From the human T2T-CHM13v2.0 reference genome, Homo sapiens: DNA of 64,000 bases. The notes below the pieces were generated by a model. That model had not been told where the DNA came from, did no database searches, and saw only the letters and a list, made by a program, of their open reading frames with translations. The stretch lies in assembly GCF_009914755.1 (NCBI RefSeq), contig NC_060940.1; one strand, 5' to 3'. The position numbers and the translations under genes are program-made. This document shows positions 32,101 to 47,100 of the stretch, piece after piece (within the stretch, counting starts at the first letter, position 1; each line of letters begins with the position of its first letter).

Positions 32101-35100
32101 CGATGATTCCATTCGAGGCCATTCAATCATTCTTTTTGAGTCCTTTCGATAAAGATTCCATTTTAGTCCATTCAATAATTCCACTGGAGTCCATTCGATG
32201 ATTGCTTTTAATTCCATTCGATGATATTCCATTCGAGTCCATTCGATGATTCCATTCGTTGCTATTAGATGATGATTCCATTCATGACCATTTGGTGATT
32301 CCATTCGATTTCATTCGTTGATGATTCCATTCGAGTCCATTCCATGATTCCATTCAAGTCCATTTGATGATTTCTTTGAATTCAATTCGATGATGATTCC
32401 ATTCGAGTCCATTCGATGATTCCATTCAGTTCCATTCGATGATGATTCCTTTCGAGACCATATGATGATTCCATTTGATTTCATTCGATGATGATTCCAT
32501 TCGATTCCATTCGATGATTCCATTCTATTCCATTCGATGATGATTCCATTCGAGTCCATTTAATGATTCCATTGGGTTCAATTCAATGATGATTACATTG
32601 GATTCTCTTCTATGATACCATTCAATTCCGTTCATTGACAATTTGATTCCATTCGATGATGATTCCATTTGAGTTCATTCGATGATTCTATTCGATTCTC
32701 TTCGATGGTGATTCAATTCTATTATATTGGATGATTCCATTCGATTCCATTTGATGTTGATTCAATTCGATTCTATTCGATGATGATTCCATTGGATTTC
32801 ATTTGATGATTCTATTCGATTCCATTCAATGATGATTCACTTCTCGTCCATTGGATGATTCCATTTCATTCCATTCGATGATGATTCCATTCGATTCCAT
32901 TCGATGATTCCATTTGATTCCATTCGACGGTGAGCAATTCGATTCAATTCCATGATGATTCTATTTGATTCAGTTAGATGATGTTTCCATTCGAATCCAT
33001 TCCATGATTATTCCATTGGAATCCATTCGGCGATGATTCCATATGAGTCAATTCAATGATGCTTCCATATGGGTCAGTTCGATGATAATTCCATTTGATT
33101 TCATTCGATGCTTCTATTCAATTCCAGTCGATGATGATTCCGTTGGAGTCCATACGATGACTCCATTTGATTTCATTTGATGATGATTCCATTCGATTCC
33201 ATTCGATGACTCCATTCTGTTCCATTCGATGATGATTCCATTCGAGTCCATTCGATGATTCCATTCGAGTCCATTTCATGATTCCATTGGGTTCAATTCG
33301 ATGATGATTACACTGGATTCCATTCTATGATTCCATTCAATTCCATTCGTTGATGATTCGATTCCATTCAATGATGATTCCATTTGAGTTCATTCGATGA
33401 TTCTATTCGATTCCGTTCGATGGTGATTCAATTCTATTATATTGGATGATTCCATTCGATTCCATTTGATGATGATTCCATTCGATTCCATTCGATGATG
33501 ATTCCATTTGATTCCATTTGATGTTGATTCTATTCGATTCTATTCAATGATGATTCCATTCGATTTCATTTGATGATTCTATTCGATTCCTTTCGATGAT
33601 TCTATTCCATTCCATTCGATGATGATTCAATTCTCTTCCATTGGATGATTCCATTTTATTCCATTCGACGATGACTCCATTTGATTCCATTCAATGATGA
33701 TTCCATTCGATTCCATTCGGTGATTCCATTTGATTCCATTCGACGGTGAGCAATTTGATTCAATTCCATAATGATTCTATTTGATTCAATTAGATGATGT
33801 TTCCATTCGAATCCATTCGGTGATGATTCCATTGGTATCCATTCGACGATGATTCCATATGAGTCAATTCGATGATGATTCCATACGAGTCCGTTGGATG
33901 ATAATTCCATTTGATTTCATTCAATCCTTCTATTCGATTCCATTTGATGATGATTCCATCTGAATCCATTCTCCGATTCCATTCGATTTCATTCGATGCT
34001 TCTATTTGATTTCATTCGAAGATGATTCCTTTCAATTCCGTTCATTAATTCCATTTGATTCCATTCGATGATGATTCCATCCGATTCCATTGGATGATGA
34101 TTCCATTCGAGTCCATTCGATGATTCCGTTCTAATCCATTCTATGATTCCATTCGAGTCCATTCGATGATTCCATTCGATTCCATTCAGTGATGATTCCA
34201 TTTGATTCCATCTGATGATGATTTCATTTGATTCCATTCGATGATGATTCCATTGGAGTCCATTGAATGATTCAATTCAATTCCATTCCATGTGGATTCC
34301 ATTCGAATTCATTCGATTATTCCATTCAAATCCCTTCGTTGATTCCATCTGATTCCACTTGACGATGATTCCATTCAAGTCCAATCGATGATTCCATTCG
34401 GTTCCATTCAATGATTCCATTCGAGTCCATTTATGTATTATATTCGTGTCCACTTGATGACTCCATTCAATTCCATTTAATGATGATTCCATTTGATTCC
34501 ATTTGATGATTCAGTTCGATTCCTTACAATGATTCCCTACGATTCCTTTCTATGATGATTCCATTCGATTCCATTCATTGATGATTCCATTCGACTCCAT
34601 TCAATGATGATTCCTTTCGATTCCATTTGACGATGTTTCCATTTGAGTCCATTCGATGATGATTCCATTGGTATCCATTCGACGATGATTCCATATGAGT
34701 CAATTCGATGATGATTCCATACGAGTCCGTTGGATGATAATTCCATTTGATTTCATTCAATCCTTCTATTCGATTCCATTTGATGATGATTCCATCTGAA
34801 TCCATTCTCCGATTCCATTCGATTTCATTCGATGCTTCTATTTGATTTCATTCGAAGATGATTCCTTTCAATTCCATTCATTAATTCCATTTGATTCCAT
34901 TCGATGATGATTCCATCCGATTCCATTGGATGATGATTCCACTCGAGTCCATTCGATGATTCCGTTCTAATCCATTCTATGATTCCATTCGAGTCCATTC
35001 GATGATTCCATTCGATTCCATTCAGTGATGATTCCATTTGATTCCATCTGATGATGATTTCATTTGATTCCATTCGATGATGATTCCATTGGAGTCCATT

Positions 35101-38100
35101 GAATGATTCAATTCAATTCCATTCCATGTGGATTCCATTCGAATTCATTCGATTATTCCATTCAAATCCCTTCGTTGATTCCATCTGATTCCACTTGACG
35201 ATGATTCCATTCAAGTCCAATCGATGATTCCATTCGGTTCCATTCAATGATTCCATTCGAGTCCATTTATGTATTATATTCGTGTCCACTTGATGACTCA
35301 CTCCATTCAATTCCATTTAATGATGATTCCATTTGATTCCATTTGATGATTCAGTTCGATTCCTTACAATGATTCCCTACGATTCCTTTCTATGATGATT
35401 CCATTCGATTCCATTCATTGATGATTCCATTCGACTCCATTCGATGATGATTCCTTTCGATTCCATTTGACGATGTTTCCATTTGAGTCCATTCGATGAT
35501 GATTCAATTCAGTTCTGTTCTATTATGAATCCATTCGATTTCATTCAATGCTTCTATTTGATTCCATTCGACGATGATTCCATCTCTTTCCCTTCGATGA
35601 TTCCATTTGATTCCATTCAGTGATGATTCCATTTGATTCCATCTGATGATGATTTCACTTGATTCATTTCAATGATGATTCCATTCAAGTCCATTCGATG
35701 ATTCCATTGGAGTCCAAACGATCATTCCATTCGATTCCATTCAATGATGATTCCATTCATGTCCATTCAATGAATCCTTTCAATTCCATTCGATGATGAC
35801 TCCATTCGAGTACATTCGATGATTCCATTTGATTCCATCTGATGATGATTACATTCAATTCCATTCGAAGATGATTCCATTCAATTCCACTTGATGATGA
35901 TTCCGTATGAATCCATTCGCTGATTATTCCATTCGATTCCATTCATTGACGATTCCATTCGATTCCATTCAATGATGATTCTCTTCTATTGCATTCGATG
36001 ATTCCGTTCGATTCCATTCGATGATGATTCCATTAGATTCCATTCGATTGTTGCATTCGATTCCCTTCGATGATGATTCCTTTGAATTCCATTCGATTAT
36101 GATTCCGTATGAATCCATTTGATGATTATTCCATTGGATTCCTTTCGATGATGATTCCATTCGATTCCATTTGATGATGTTTCTCATGTATTCCATTTGA
36201 TAATTCCTTTCAATTCCCTTCGATGATGATTCTTTCGAGTCAATTCGATGATTCTATTCCATTCCCTTCGATGATGATTCCATTTCACTCCATTCGATGA
36301 TTCCATTCGATTCAATTTGGTGATGATTCAATTCGATGACATTCGATGACTCCATTCAATTTCATTTGATGATGATTACATTCGAGTCCATTTGATGATT
36401 GTATTCCTTTCCTTTTGATGATTATTCCATTCGTGTCTATTCAAAGATTCCATTCTATTCCATTCAACGATGATTCCAATTGATTCCATTCAATGATTAT
36501 GGCTATCGATTCCACTCGTTGATTCCATTTGATTCCATTCGATGATTATTCCGTTAGATTCCATTAGGAGATTCCATTCGATTTTATTCAATGATTCCAA
36601 TTGATTCCATTCAATGATGATTCCATTCGACTCCATTCAGTGATTCCATTTGAGTCCATTTGATGATTCCATTCGAGTCCATTTGGTGATTCCATTCTTT
36701 TCCATTTGATGATGATTCCATTAGGGTCCATTCAATGATTCCATTCGAGTCCATTCGTTAATGCCTTTCGAGTCCTTTTGATCACTACATTCGAGTCCAT
36801 TCAATGATTCTATTCGATTCCATTCCATGATGATTCCATTCGAGTTCATTCGATGATTGCATTCGAGTCCATTTGATGATTCCATAAGATTCCATTCGAC
36901 AATGATTCCATTCGTGTCCATTTGATGATTCCATTCATTTCCTATCGATGAAGATTCCATTCGAGTGTATTCGATGATTCCATTCAAATCCATTCGATGA
37001 TGATTCCATTCCAGTCCATTCGATCATTCCACTTGATTCCATTTGATGACTATTCCATTCAAATCCATTTGATGATTCCATTCGATTCCATTCGATGTTA
37101 CCATTCCAGTATATACGATGATTCCACTCGATTCCATTTGATGATTATTCCATTGGAGTCGACTTAGTGAATCCTTTAGATTCTACTCGAAGATGATTCC
37201 ATTCGAGTCCATTCGATGATACCATTCAATTCCATTCGTTGATGCTTCCATTCAAGTGCATTCGATGATATCATTCGATTCCATTTGATGATAATTCCAT
37301 TTGATTCCATGTGATGATTCTATTCCATTCCATTCAATGATAATTCCATTCAATTCAGTGATTCCTCTGGACTCCATTTGATGATGATTCCATTCAATGA
37401 TTCCATTCGATTCTATTCGAAAATGATTCCATTTGAATCCATTTGATGATGATTCCATTCGATTCCATTTGATGATTCCATTCGATTCCATTCGACGATG
37501 ATTCCATTCGATTCCATTTGATGATTCCATTCTATTCTATTCGATGATGATTCCATTCGATTCCATTCGATGATGATTGGATTCGATTCCATTTGATGAT
37601 TTCATTTGATTCAATTCGATGATGATTTCGATCAATTCCATTCGATGATTCCATTCGATTCCATTTGATAATGATTACATCCGAGTCCATTCGATGATTC
37701 CATTTGAGCCCGTTCGATAATTCCATTTGAGTCCAATCAATGATTCCATTCATTTCCATTCAATGATTCCATTCGAGTCCATTTGATCATTCCGGTAGGG
37801 TCCGTTCGATGTTGATTCCATTGGAGTGCCTTCGATGATTCCATTCGAGTCCATTTTAGGATTTGATTCGAGTCCTTTCGATGATTCCATTCGATTCCAC
37901 TCGATGATGATTTCATTCGAGTCCATTCGACACTTCCAATCGATTCCATTTGATGTTTCCATTCGAGTCCAATTGATGATTCCATTCAATTCCATTCGAT
38001 GATGATTCCGTACGATTCCATTCTGTGATGATTCCATGTGATTGCATTCAATGATGATTCCTTTCGATTGCATTCGATTATGATTCATTTCGTGTTCATT
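26173..38100 (+). repeat. Unit U6, extended type (11928 bp): lacks the 732-bp W module and carries an 836-bp internal duplication
   Basis: ORF offsets to U7 are 11928 (26254/38182, 29553/41481), then 12660 (30605/43265, 33989/46649), then 11824 (35113/46937, 37252/49076). Confidence 0.87.
33821..35496 (+). repeat. Direct tandem duplication, 836-bp period
   Basis: Rare word GGTATCC at 33834 and 34670. Identical 82-aa ORF translations at 33989 and 34825; paired ORF ends 34277/35113. Confidence 0.9.
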
Positions 38101-41100
38101 CTATGGTTCCACAGGTTTCACATCGTGTCCATTCCATTATTCCATTCTATTCCATTTGATGATGATTCCATTCGATTCCATTCATTGGTGATTCCACTCA
38201 ATTCCATTCAATGATTCCATTCCATTTCTTTCAACAATGATTCCATTAGTTTCTAATCGATGATCCACTTGATTCCATTTGACGATGATTCCATTCTTGT
38301 CCATTCGATGATTCCATTTGATTCCATATGATGATGATTCCATTCGATTCCACACGATGATTATTCCATTCGAGTCCATTCAATGGTGATTCCATTCAAT
38401 TCCATTCGATGATTCCTTTCGATTCCATTTGATGATGATGGCATTCGATTCCTTTCAATCATTCCCTTTGATTCCACTCAAAGGTGATTTCATTCAAGTC
38501 CATTCGATAATTGCATTCGATTCCATTCTATGATGATTCCATTCGAGTCCATTTGATGATTCCATTCAATTCAAGTCAATGATGATTCCATTCGATTCCA
38601 TTCGATGATTCCATTGGATTCCATTCGATGATGATTCCATTCAAATCCATTCGATAATTCAATTCACGTCCATTCGATGATGATTCCAATCGAATCCATT
38701 CAAAGATTCCATTCAATTCCATTCGATGATTCCCTTAGATTCCATTCGATGATTCCACTTGATTCCATTTACGATGATTCCATTCGATTCCATGTGATGA
38801 TTCCATTCAATTCTATTCAATGATGTTTCCATTTGATTCCATTCGACCATGATTGCCTTTGATTCCATTCAATGATTCCATTCGGTTCCGTTTGATGATG
38901 ATTCCGTTCGATTCCATTTGATGATTCCATTTGATTCCATTGGATGAGTCCATTCGATTACATTCGATGATTATTCCATTCGAGTGCATTAGATGATTCC
39001 ATTCGAGTCCATTCGATGATTCCATTCGAGTCCATTCGATGATTCCATTCGATTCCATTCGATGTTGATTCTGTTCAAATCCATTCGATGATTCCACTCG
39101 ATTCCATTCGATGACTCCATTTGATCCCATTCGATGATTTCCTTTGATTCCCTTTGATGATCATTCCATTTGATTCAATTCGGTGATTTCATTTGATTCC
39201 ATTCAGTGATGTTTCCATTCGACTCCATTCGATGATGATTCCATTCGACTACATTCGATTATGATTTCATTCAATTCCATTCGATAAAGATTCCCTTCGA
39301 GTCCAAACTATGATTCCATTCGATTCCATTCAACGATGATTTGATTCGTGTCCATTCGATGATTCCATTTGATTCCACTTGATGAGGATTCCACTCGAGT
39401 CCATTTGATGATTCCATTCAATTCCATTCTCCGATGATTTCTTTTGAGCCCATTCAATGCTTCCACTCGATTACATATGATGATGACTCCATTCGATGAA
39501 ACTCGATGATGATTCCATTCGCTTGCATTCGATGATGATTCCACTTGAGTCCGTTAGAAGATTCTATTCAATTACATTCCATGACGATTCTGTTCGAGTC
39601 CATTTGATGATTCCATTACACTCCATTCGACAATGATTCCATTCAATGTTATTCGATGATTCCATTCGATCTCATTCGATGATGATTCCATTCAAGTCCA
39701 TTCGATGTTTCCATTCGAGTTCATTCTATTATTCCATTAGATTCCATTCGATGATGATTCCATTCGATTCCATTTGATGATTGCATTCTATTTCATTTGA
39801 TGATGATTCCATTCGAGTCCATTCGATGATTCCATTCGAGTCCATTTAATGAATCCATTGGTTTCAATTCTATGATGATTATATTGGATTCCATTCGTTG
39901 ATGATTTCATTCGATTCCATTCAATGATGATTCCATTCAATTCCATTCAATGATTCCATTCAATTCCATACGATGATGATTCCATTTGATTTGATTCGAC
40001 AGTGAGCCATTCGATTCAATTCCATGATGATTCTGTTTGATTCACTTGGTTGACATTTCCATTCGATTCCATTCGATGATGATTCCATTTGATTCCATTC
40101 AAAGATGATTCCATTCTAGCCCATTCAATCATTCCATTCGATTCTATTCAATGATGATTCCATTCATGTCGATTTGGTGATTCCATTTGACTTCATTTGA
40201 TGATGATTCCTTTCAAGTTCATTAGATGATTCCATTCGATTCCATTTGATGATGATCCCATTCGAGTCCATTCAGTGATTCCACTCGTTTCCATTCCATG
40301 ATGATTCCATTCCATTCCATTCAATGATTCCATTCGATTCCGTTTGATGATGATTTCATTCGAGTCCATTTGATGATTCCATTTGATTCCATTCGATGAT
40401 GATTCCATTCGAGTCCATTCGATGATTCTATTCGAATCCATTTGATGATTTCTTTTGATTATATTTGGTGATGATTCCATTGGAGTCCATTCAATGATTC
40501 CATTCGATTCCAATCGATGGTGGTTCCATTAGAGTCCATTTAATGATTCCATTTGATTCCAGTCTCTGATGTTTACATTCGAGTCCATACGATGATTCCA
40601 CTCAATTCCATATGATGATGATTCCATTCGATTCCATTCGATGATTCCATTCTATTCTATTCAATGGTGATTCCATTCGAGTACATTAGATGATTCCATT
40701 CGATTCCATTCAATGATGATTCTATTTGTGTCCCTTAGATGATTCCACATGATTCCATTAGATGATGATACTATTTGAGCCCATCCAATGATTCCCTTCG
40801 ATTCCATTCGATGAGGATTCCATTCGATTCAATTCATTGGTGATTCTATTCAATTCAATTCTTTGATTCAATTCCATTCCATTCGACAATGATTCCATTC
40901 GATTTCTTTCGATGATTCCACTCAATTTCACTTGACATTGATTCCATTCGATTCCATTCAATGATTCCATTTGATTCCAGTGGATGATGATTGCCGTCGA
41001 TTCCATTCGATCACTCCATTCTGTTCCATTTGATGATGATTACATTCGATTCCATTTGATGATTCCATCTGATTCTATTCGAGGATTCCATTTGATTCCA

Positions 41101-44100
41101 TTCGATGATGATTCCATTCGAGTCCATTCGATGGTTTCATTCGAGTACATCCAATGATTCCATTCGAGTCCATTTGATGATTCCATTTCATTCCATTTGA
41201 TTATGATTCTACTAGAGTCCATTCAATGACTCCATTCGAGTCCATTCAACAGTTCCATCCGAGTCCATTCGATGATTCCATTCGATTCCATTTGATGATT
41301 CCATTCGAGTCCATTTAATCATTACAGTCGAGTCCATTTGGTGATTCCACTGGATTTCTTTTGATAATGATACCATTCAATTACATTTGATGATGATCCC
41401 ATTCAATTTCATTTGATGATGATTCCATTAGAGTCCATTCCCTGATTTCATTCGAGTCCCTTCATTGATTCCATCCGATTTCATTCCATGATGACTCCAT
41501 TCGAGTCCATTCGATGATTCCACTCGATTCCTTTAGATGATTCCATTGGAGTCCATTTGATTGTTCCATTCGATTCCATTCGATTCCTTTCGAAGATTAT
41601 TCCATTTGAGTCCATTCGATGATGATTCCATTCCATTCCATTCGATGATTCCGTTTGATTCCATTCGATGATTCCCTGCGATTCCTTTCTATGATGATTC
41701 CATTCCATTCCATTCAATGATTCCATTCGAATGTATTCCATGATGATTCCTTTCGATTCCATTCGCTGATGTTTCCGTTCAATTCCATTCGATGATGATT
41801 CCATTCGATTCCATTCATTGAGGATTCCATTGGATTCCATTCAATGATGATTCCATTCTATTCCATTCAATGATTGCATTCAATTCCATTCAATGATTAT
41901 GCCATTAGAGTAAATTCAACGATTCCATTCAATACCATTCGATGATGATTCCTTTTGAGTCCATTCAATGATTTCATTCAAGTCCATTTGATGATTCCTT
42001 TCAATTCCATTCCATGATGATTCCATTCGAGTCCATTCGATGATTCCATTCGATTGCATTCGATGATTCCATTATATTCCATTCAACGATGATTCCATTC
42101 GAGTCCATTCGATGATTCCATTAGAGTACATTTAATGATTGCTTTGTTTTCAATTCGAAGATGATTACATTGGATTCCATTCTATGATTCCATTCGATTG
42201 CATTCATTGATGATTCCACCCAATTCCATTCGATGATGATTCCATTCGATTTCAATGATTCTACTCGATTCCATTCAATGATGATTCAATTCTATTCCGT
42301 TTGATGATTCCATTAGATTCCATTCTATGATGATTCCATTCGAGTCCATTCGAAGATTTCATTCGATTACATTCCATGACGATTCCATTCGAGTCCATTC
42401 GATGATTCCATTTGAATCCATTCGACGATGATTCCATTTGATGCTATTCGATGATTCCATTGGATTCCATTCGATGATGATTCCATTCGACTTGATTTGA
42501 TGTTTCTATTTGAGTCCATTCGGTTATTTTATTAGACTACATTCGATGATGATTCCATTCGATGCCATTCAATGATTCCATTTGATTCCACTCAATGATG
42601 ATTGCATTCGTGTCCATTCGATGATTCCATTTGGTTCCATTTGATGATGATTCCATTCGAGTCCATTCGATGATACCATTCAATTCCATTCGATGATCAT
42701 TCCATTCGAATCCATTTGATGATTCCACTCAATTCCATTTGATGACTCCTTTCATTCCCATTCGATGATTCCCTTCAGTTCCAATTGGATGATCTTTCCA
42801 TTTGATTCAATATGGTGACTCCATTCTATTATATTCAATGATGATTCCATTCGACTCCATTAGATGATGACTCCATTCCGTTCCATTCGATTGTGATTTC
42901 ATTCGATTCCATTCGAAGATGATTCCATTCGAGTCCATTTGATGATTCCATTCGATTCCATTCAATGATGATTCCACTCAAATCCATTGGATGATTCCAT
43001 TCGTTTCCAATTGGTGATTTCATTAGATTCCATTCGAGGATGATTCTATTCGAGTCCATTCAATGATTCCATTGGATTCCGTTTGATAATGATTCCATTA
43101 GAGTTCATTCGATGATTCCCTTCGAGTCCATTCGATTATTTCTTTTGATTCCATTTGATGATGATTCCATTCGATTCCATTCAATGATTCCATTCCATTC
43201 CATTCGATGATGATTCCATTCGATAATGATTACATTCGAGCCCATGTGATGATTCCATTAGATTCTATTCAATGATGATTCCATTCGACCACATTCGATG
43301 ATGGCATTCGAGTCCATTCGATGATTTCACTCGATTCCACTTGATGATGATTCCTTTTGAGTCCATTTGATGATTACATTCGAGTCCATGAGATGACTCC
43401 ATTCGATTCCATTTCATGATGATGCAATTCGAGGCTATTCGATCATCCCATTTTAGTGCATTCGGTGATTCTCTTTTATTACATTCGATGAGGGCTCCAT
43501 TCGAGTCCATTCAATGATTCCATTAGATTCCACTCGATGATGATTCCATTTGAGTCCATTCAAAGATTCCTTTCGAGTCCATTCGATAATTCTATTGGAT
43601 TCCACTAGGTGATGATTCCTTTCGAGTCAATTCGATGATTCCTTTCAAGTGCCTTCAATGATTCCATTCGATTCCATTCGATGACGATTCATTTCAAGTC
43701 CATTCAATGGTTCCATTCTGTTGAATTTGATGGTTCCATTTGATTCCATTCGATGATGATTCCATTCGTGTCCATTGGATGATTCCATTCGATTCCTTTC
43801 GAGGAAGATTCCATTCGACTCCATTCGATGATTCCGTTCGATTCCATTCCATGATGATTCCATTTGATTCCATTCCATGATTCCATTCGATACCATTCGA
43901 TGATGATTCCATTCGACTCCATTTGATGAATCCATTCAATGCTTCCATTCGAGTCCATTCGATGATTCCATTCGATTCCATTCCATGAAGATTCCATTCG
44001 AGTACATTTGATGATTCCATTTAATTCCATAGGATGATGATTCTATTAGGGTCCGTTGACTATTCCATTCAATTCCATTCGAAGATTCCATTCGAGTCCA

Positions 44101-47100
44101 CTCGATGATTCTATTTGATTCCATTTGATAATTCCATTCGATTCCATTTGATGTTGATTCCATTCGAGTCCATTCGATCATTATTACATTTGATTCTATT
44201 CGATGATTCCATTCGATTCCATTTGATGAGGATTCCATTCGAGACCATTTGATGATTCCATTCAATTCCATTGGATGATTCCAATATTTTCCATTAGATG
44301 ATGATTCCATTCGATTCCATTCAATGATGATTCCATCAGAATCCATTCGATGATGACTCCTTTTGCTTCCATTCAATGATCATTACATTCGGTTCCATTC
44401 GATGATGATTCCTTTGGATTCCATTCGATGATGCTTCCATTCGATTCCATTTGATGATGATTCTTTTCGATTCCATTTGATGATGATTCCATTTGATTCC
44501 ATTCGATGGTGATTCCATTTGATGATTCCATTCGATTGTATTCGATGATGATTCCACTCGATTCTATTTGATGATGACTGCATTCGATTCCATTTGATGA
44601 TTCCATTTGATTCCATTCGATGATGATTCTGATCAATTGCATTCGATGATCCATTCGATTCCATTTGATGGTTCCATTTGATTCCATTTGATAATGATTC
44701 CTTTCGAGTCCATTCGATGATTCCATTTGCGGATATTCGATAATTCCATTTGAGTCCAACCGATGATTCCATTCGAGGCCATTCAATCATTCTTTTTGAG
44801 TCCTTTCGATAAAGATTCCATTTTAGTCCATTCAATAATTCCACTGGAGTCCATTCGATGATTGCTTTTAATTCCATTCGATGATATTCCATTCGAGTCC
44901 ATTCGATGATTCCATTCGTTGCTATTAGATGATGATTCCATTCATGACCATTTGGTGATTCCATTCGATTTCATTCGTTGATGATTCCATTCGAGTCCAT
45001 TCCATGATTCCATTCAAGTCCATTTGATGATTTCTTTGAATTCAATTCGATGATGATTCCATTCGAGTCCATTCGATGATTCCATTCAGTTCCATTCGAT
45101 GATGATTCCTTTCGAGACCATATGATGATTCCATTTGATTTCATTCGATGATGATTCCATTCGATTCCATTCGATGATTCCATTCTATTCCATTCGATGA
45201 TGATTCCATTCGAGTCCATTTAATGATTCCATTGGGTTCAATTCAATGATGATTACATTGGATTCTCTTCTATGATACCATTCAATTCCGTTCATTGACA
45301 ATTTGATTCCATTCGATGATGATTCCATTTGAGTTCATTCGATGATTCTATTCGATTCTCTTCGATGGTGATTCAATTCTATTATATTGGATGATTCCAT
45401 TCGATTCCATTTGATGTTGATTCAATTCGATTCTATTCGATGATGATTCCATTGGATTTCATTTGATGATTCTATTCGATTCCATTCAATGATGATTCAC
45501 TTCTCGTCCATTGGATGATTCCATTTCATTCCATTCGATGATGATTCCATTCGATTCCATTCGATGATTCCATTTGATTCCATTCGACGGTGAGCAATTC
45601 GATTCAATTCCATGATGATTCTATTTGATTCAGTTAGATGATGTTTCCATTCGAATCCATTCCATGATTATTCCATTGGAATCCATTCGGCGATGATTCC
45701 ATATGAGTCAATTCAATGATGCTTCCATATGGGTCAGTTCGATGATAATTCCATTTGATTTCATTCGATGCTTCTATTCAATTCCAGTCGATGATGATTC
45801 CGTTGGAGTCCATACGATGACTCCATTTGATTTCATTTGATGATGATTCCATTCGATTCCATTCGATGACTCCATTCTGTTCCATTCGATGATGATTCCA
45901 TTCGAGTCCATTCGATGATTCCATTCGAGTCCATTTCATGATTCCATTGGGTTCAATTCGATGATGATTACACTGGATTCCATTCTATGATTCCATTCAA
46001 TTCCATTCGTTGATGATTCGATTCCATTCAATGATGATTCCATTTGAGTTCATTCGATGATTCTATTCGATTCCGTTCGATGGTGATTCAATTCTATTAT
46101 ATTGGATGATTCCATTCGATTCCATTTGATGATGATTCCATTCGATTCCATTCGATGATGATTCCATTTGATTCCATTTGATGTTGATTCTATTCGATTC
46201 TATTCAATGATGATTCCATTCGATTTCATTTGATGATTCTATTCGATTCCTTTCGATGATTCTATTCCATTCCATTCGATGATGATTCAATTCTCTTCCA
46301 TTGGATGATTCCATTTTATTCCATTCGACGATGACTCCATTTGATTCCATTCAATGATGATTCCATTCGATTCCATTCGGTGATTCCATTTGATTCCATT
46401 CGACGGTGAGCAATTTGATTCAATTCCATAATGATTCTATTTGATTCAATTAGATGATGTTTCCATTCGAATCCATTCGGTGATGATTCCATTGGTATCC
46501 ATTCGACGATGATTCCATATGAGTCAATTCGATGATGATTCCATACGAGTCCGTTGGATGATAATTCCATTTGATTTCATTCAATCCTTCTATTCGATTC
46601 CACTTGATGATGATTCCATCTGAATCCATTCTCCGATTCCATTCGATTTCATTCGATGCTTCTATTTGATTTCATTCGAAGATGATTCCTTTCAATTCCG
46701 TTCATTAATTCCATTTGATTCCATTCGATGATGATTCCATCCGATTCCATTGGATGATGATTCCATTCGAGTCCATTCGATGATTCCGTTCTAATCCATT
46801 CTATGATTCCATTCGAGTCCATTCGATGATTCCATTCGATTCCATTCAGTGATGATTCCATTTGATTCCATCTGATGATGATTTCATTTGATTCCATTCG
46901 ATGATGATTCCATTGGAGTCCATTGAATGATTCAATTCAATTCCATTCCATGTGGATTCCATTCGAATTCATTCGATTATTCCATTCAAATCCCTTCGTT
47001 GATTCCATCTGATTCCACTTGACGATGATTCCATTCAAGTCCAATCGATGATTCCATTCGGTTCCATTCAATGATTCCATTCGAGTCCATTTATGTATTA

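Noticed and set aside
30400-32400. U module as a possible foreign insertion or mobile element
   Set aside because: It keeps the monomer grammar throughout, with no target-site duplication, poly-A tail, terminal repeats or Alu/L1 sequence.
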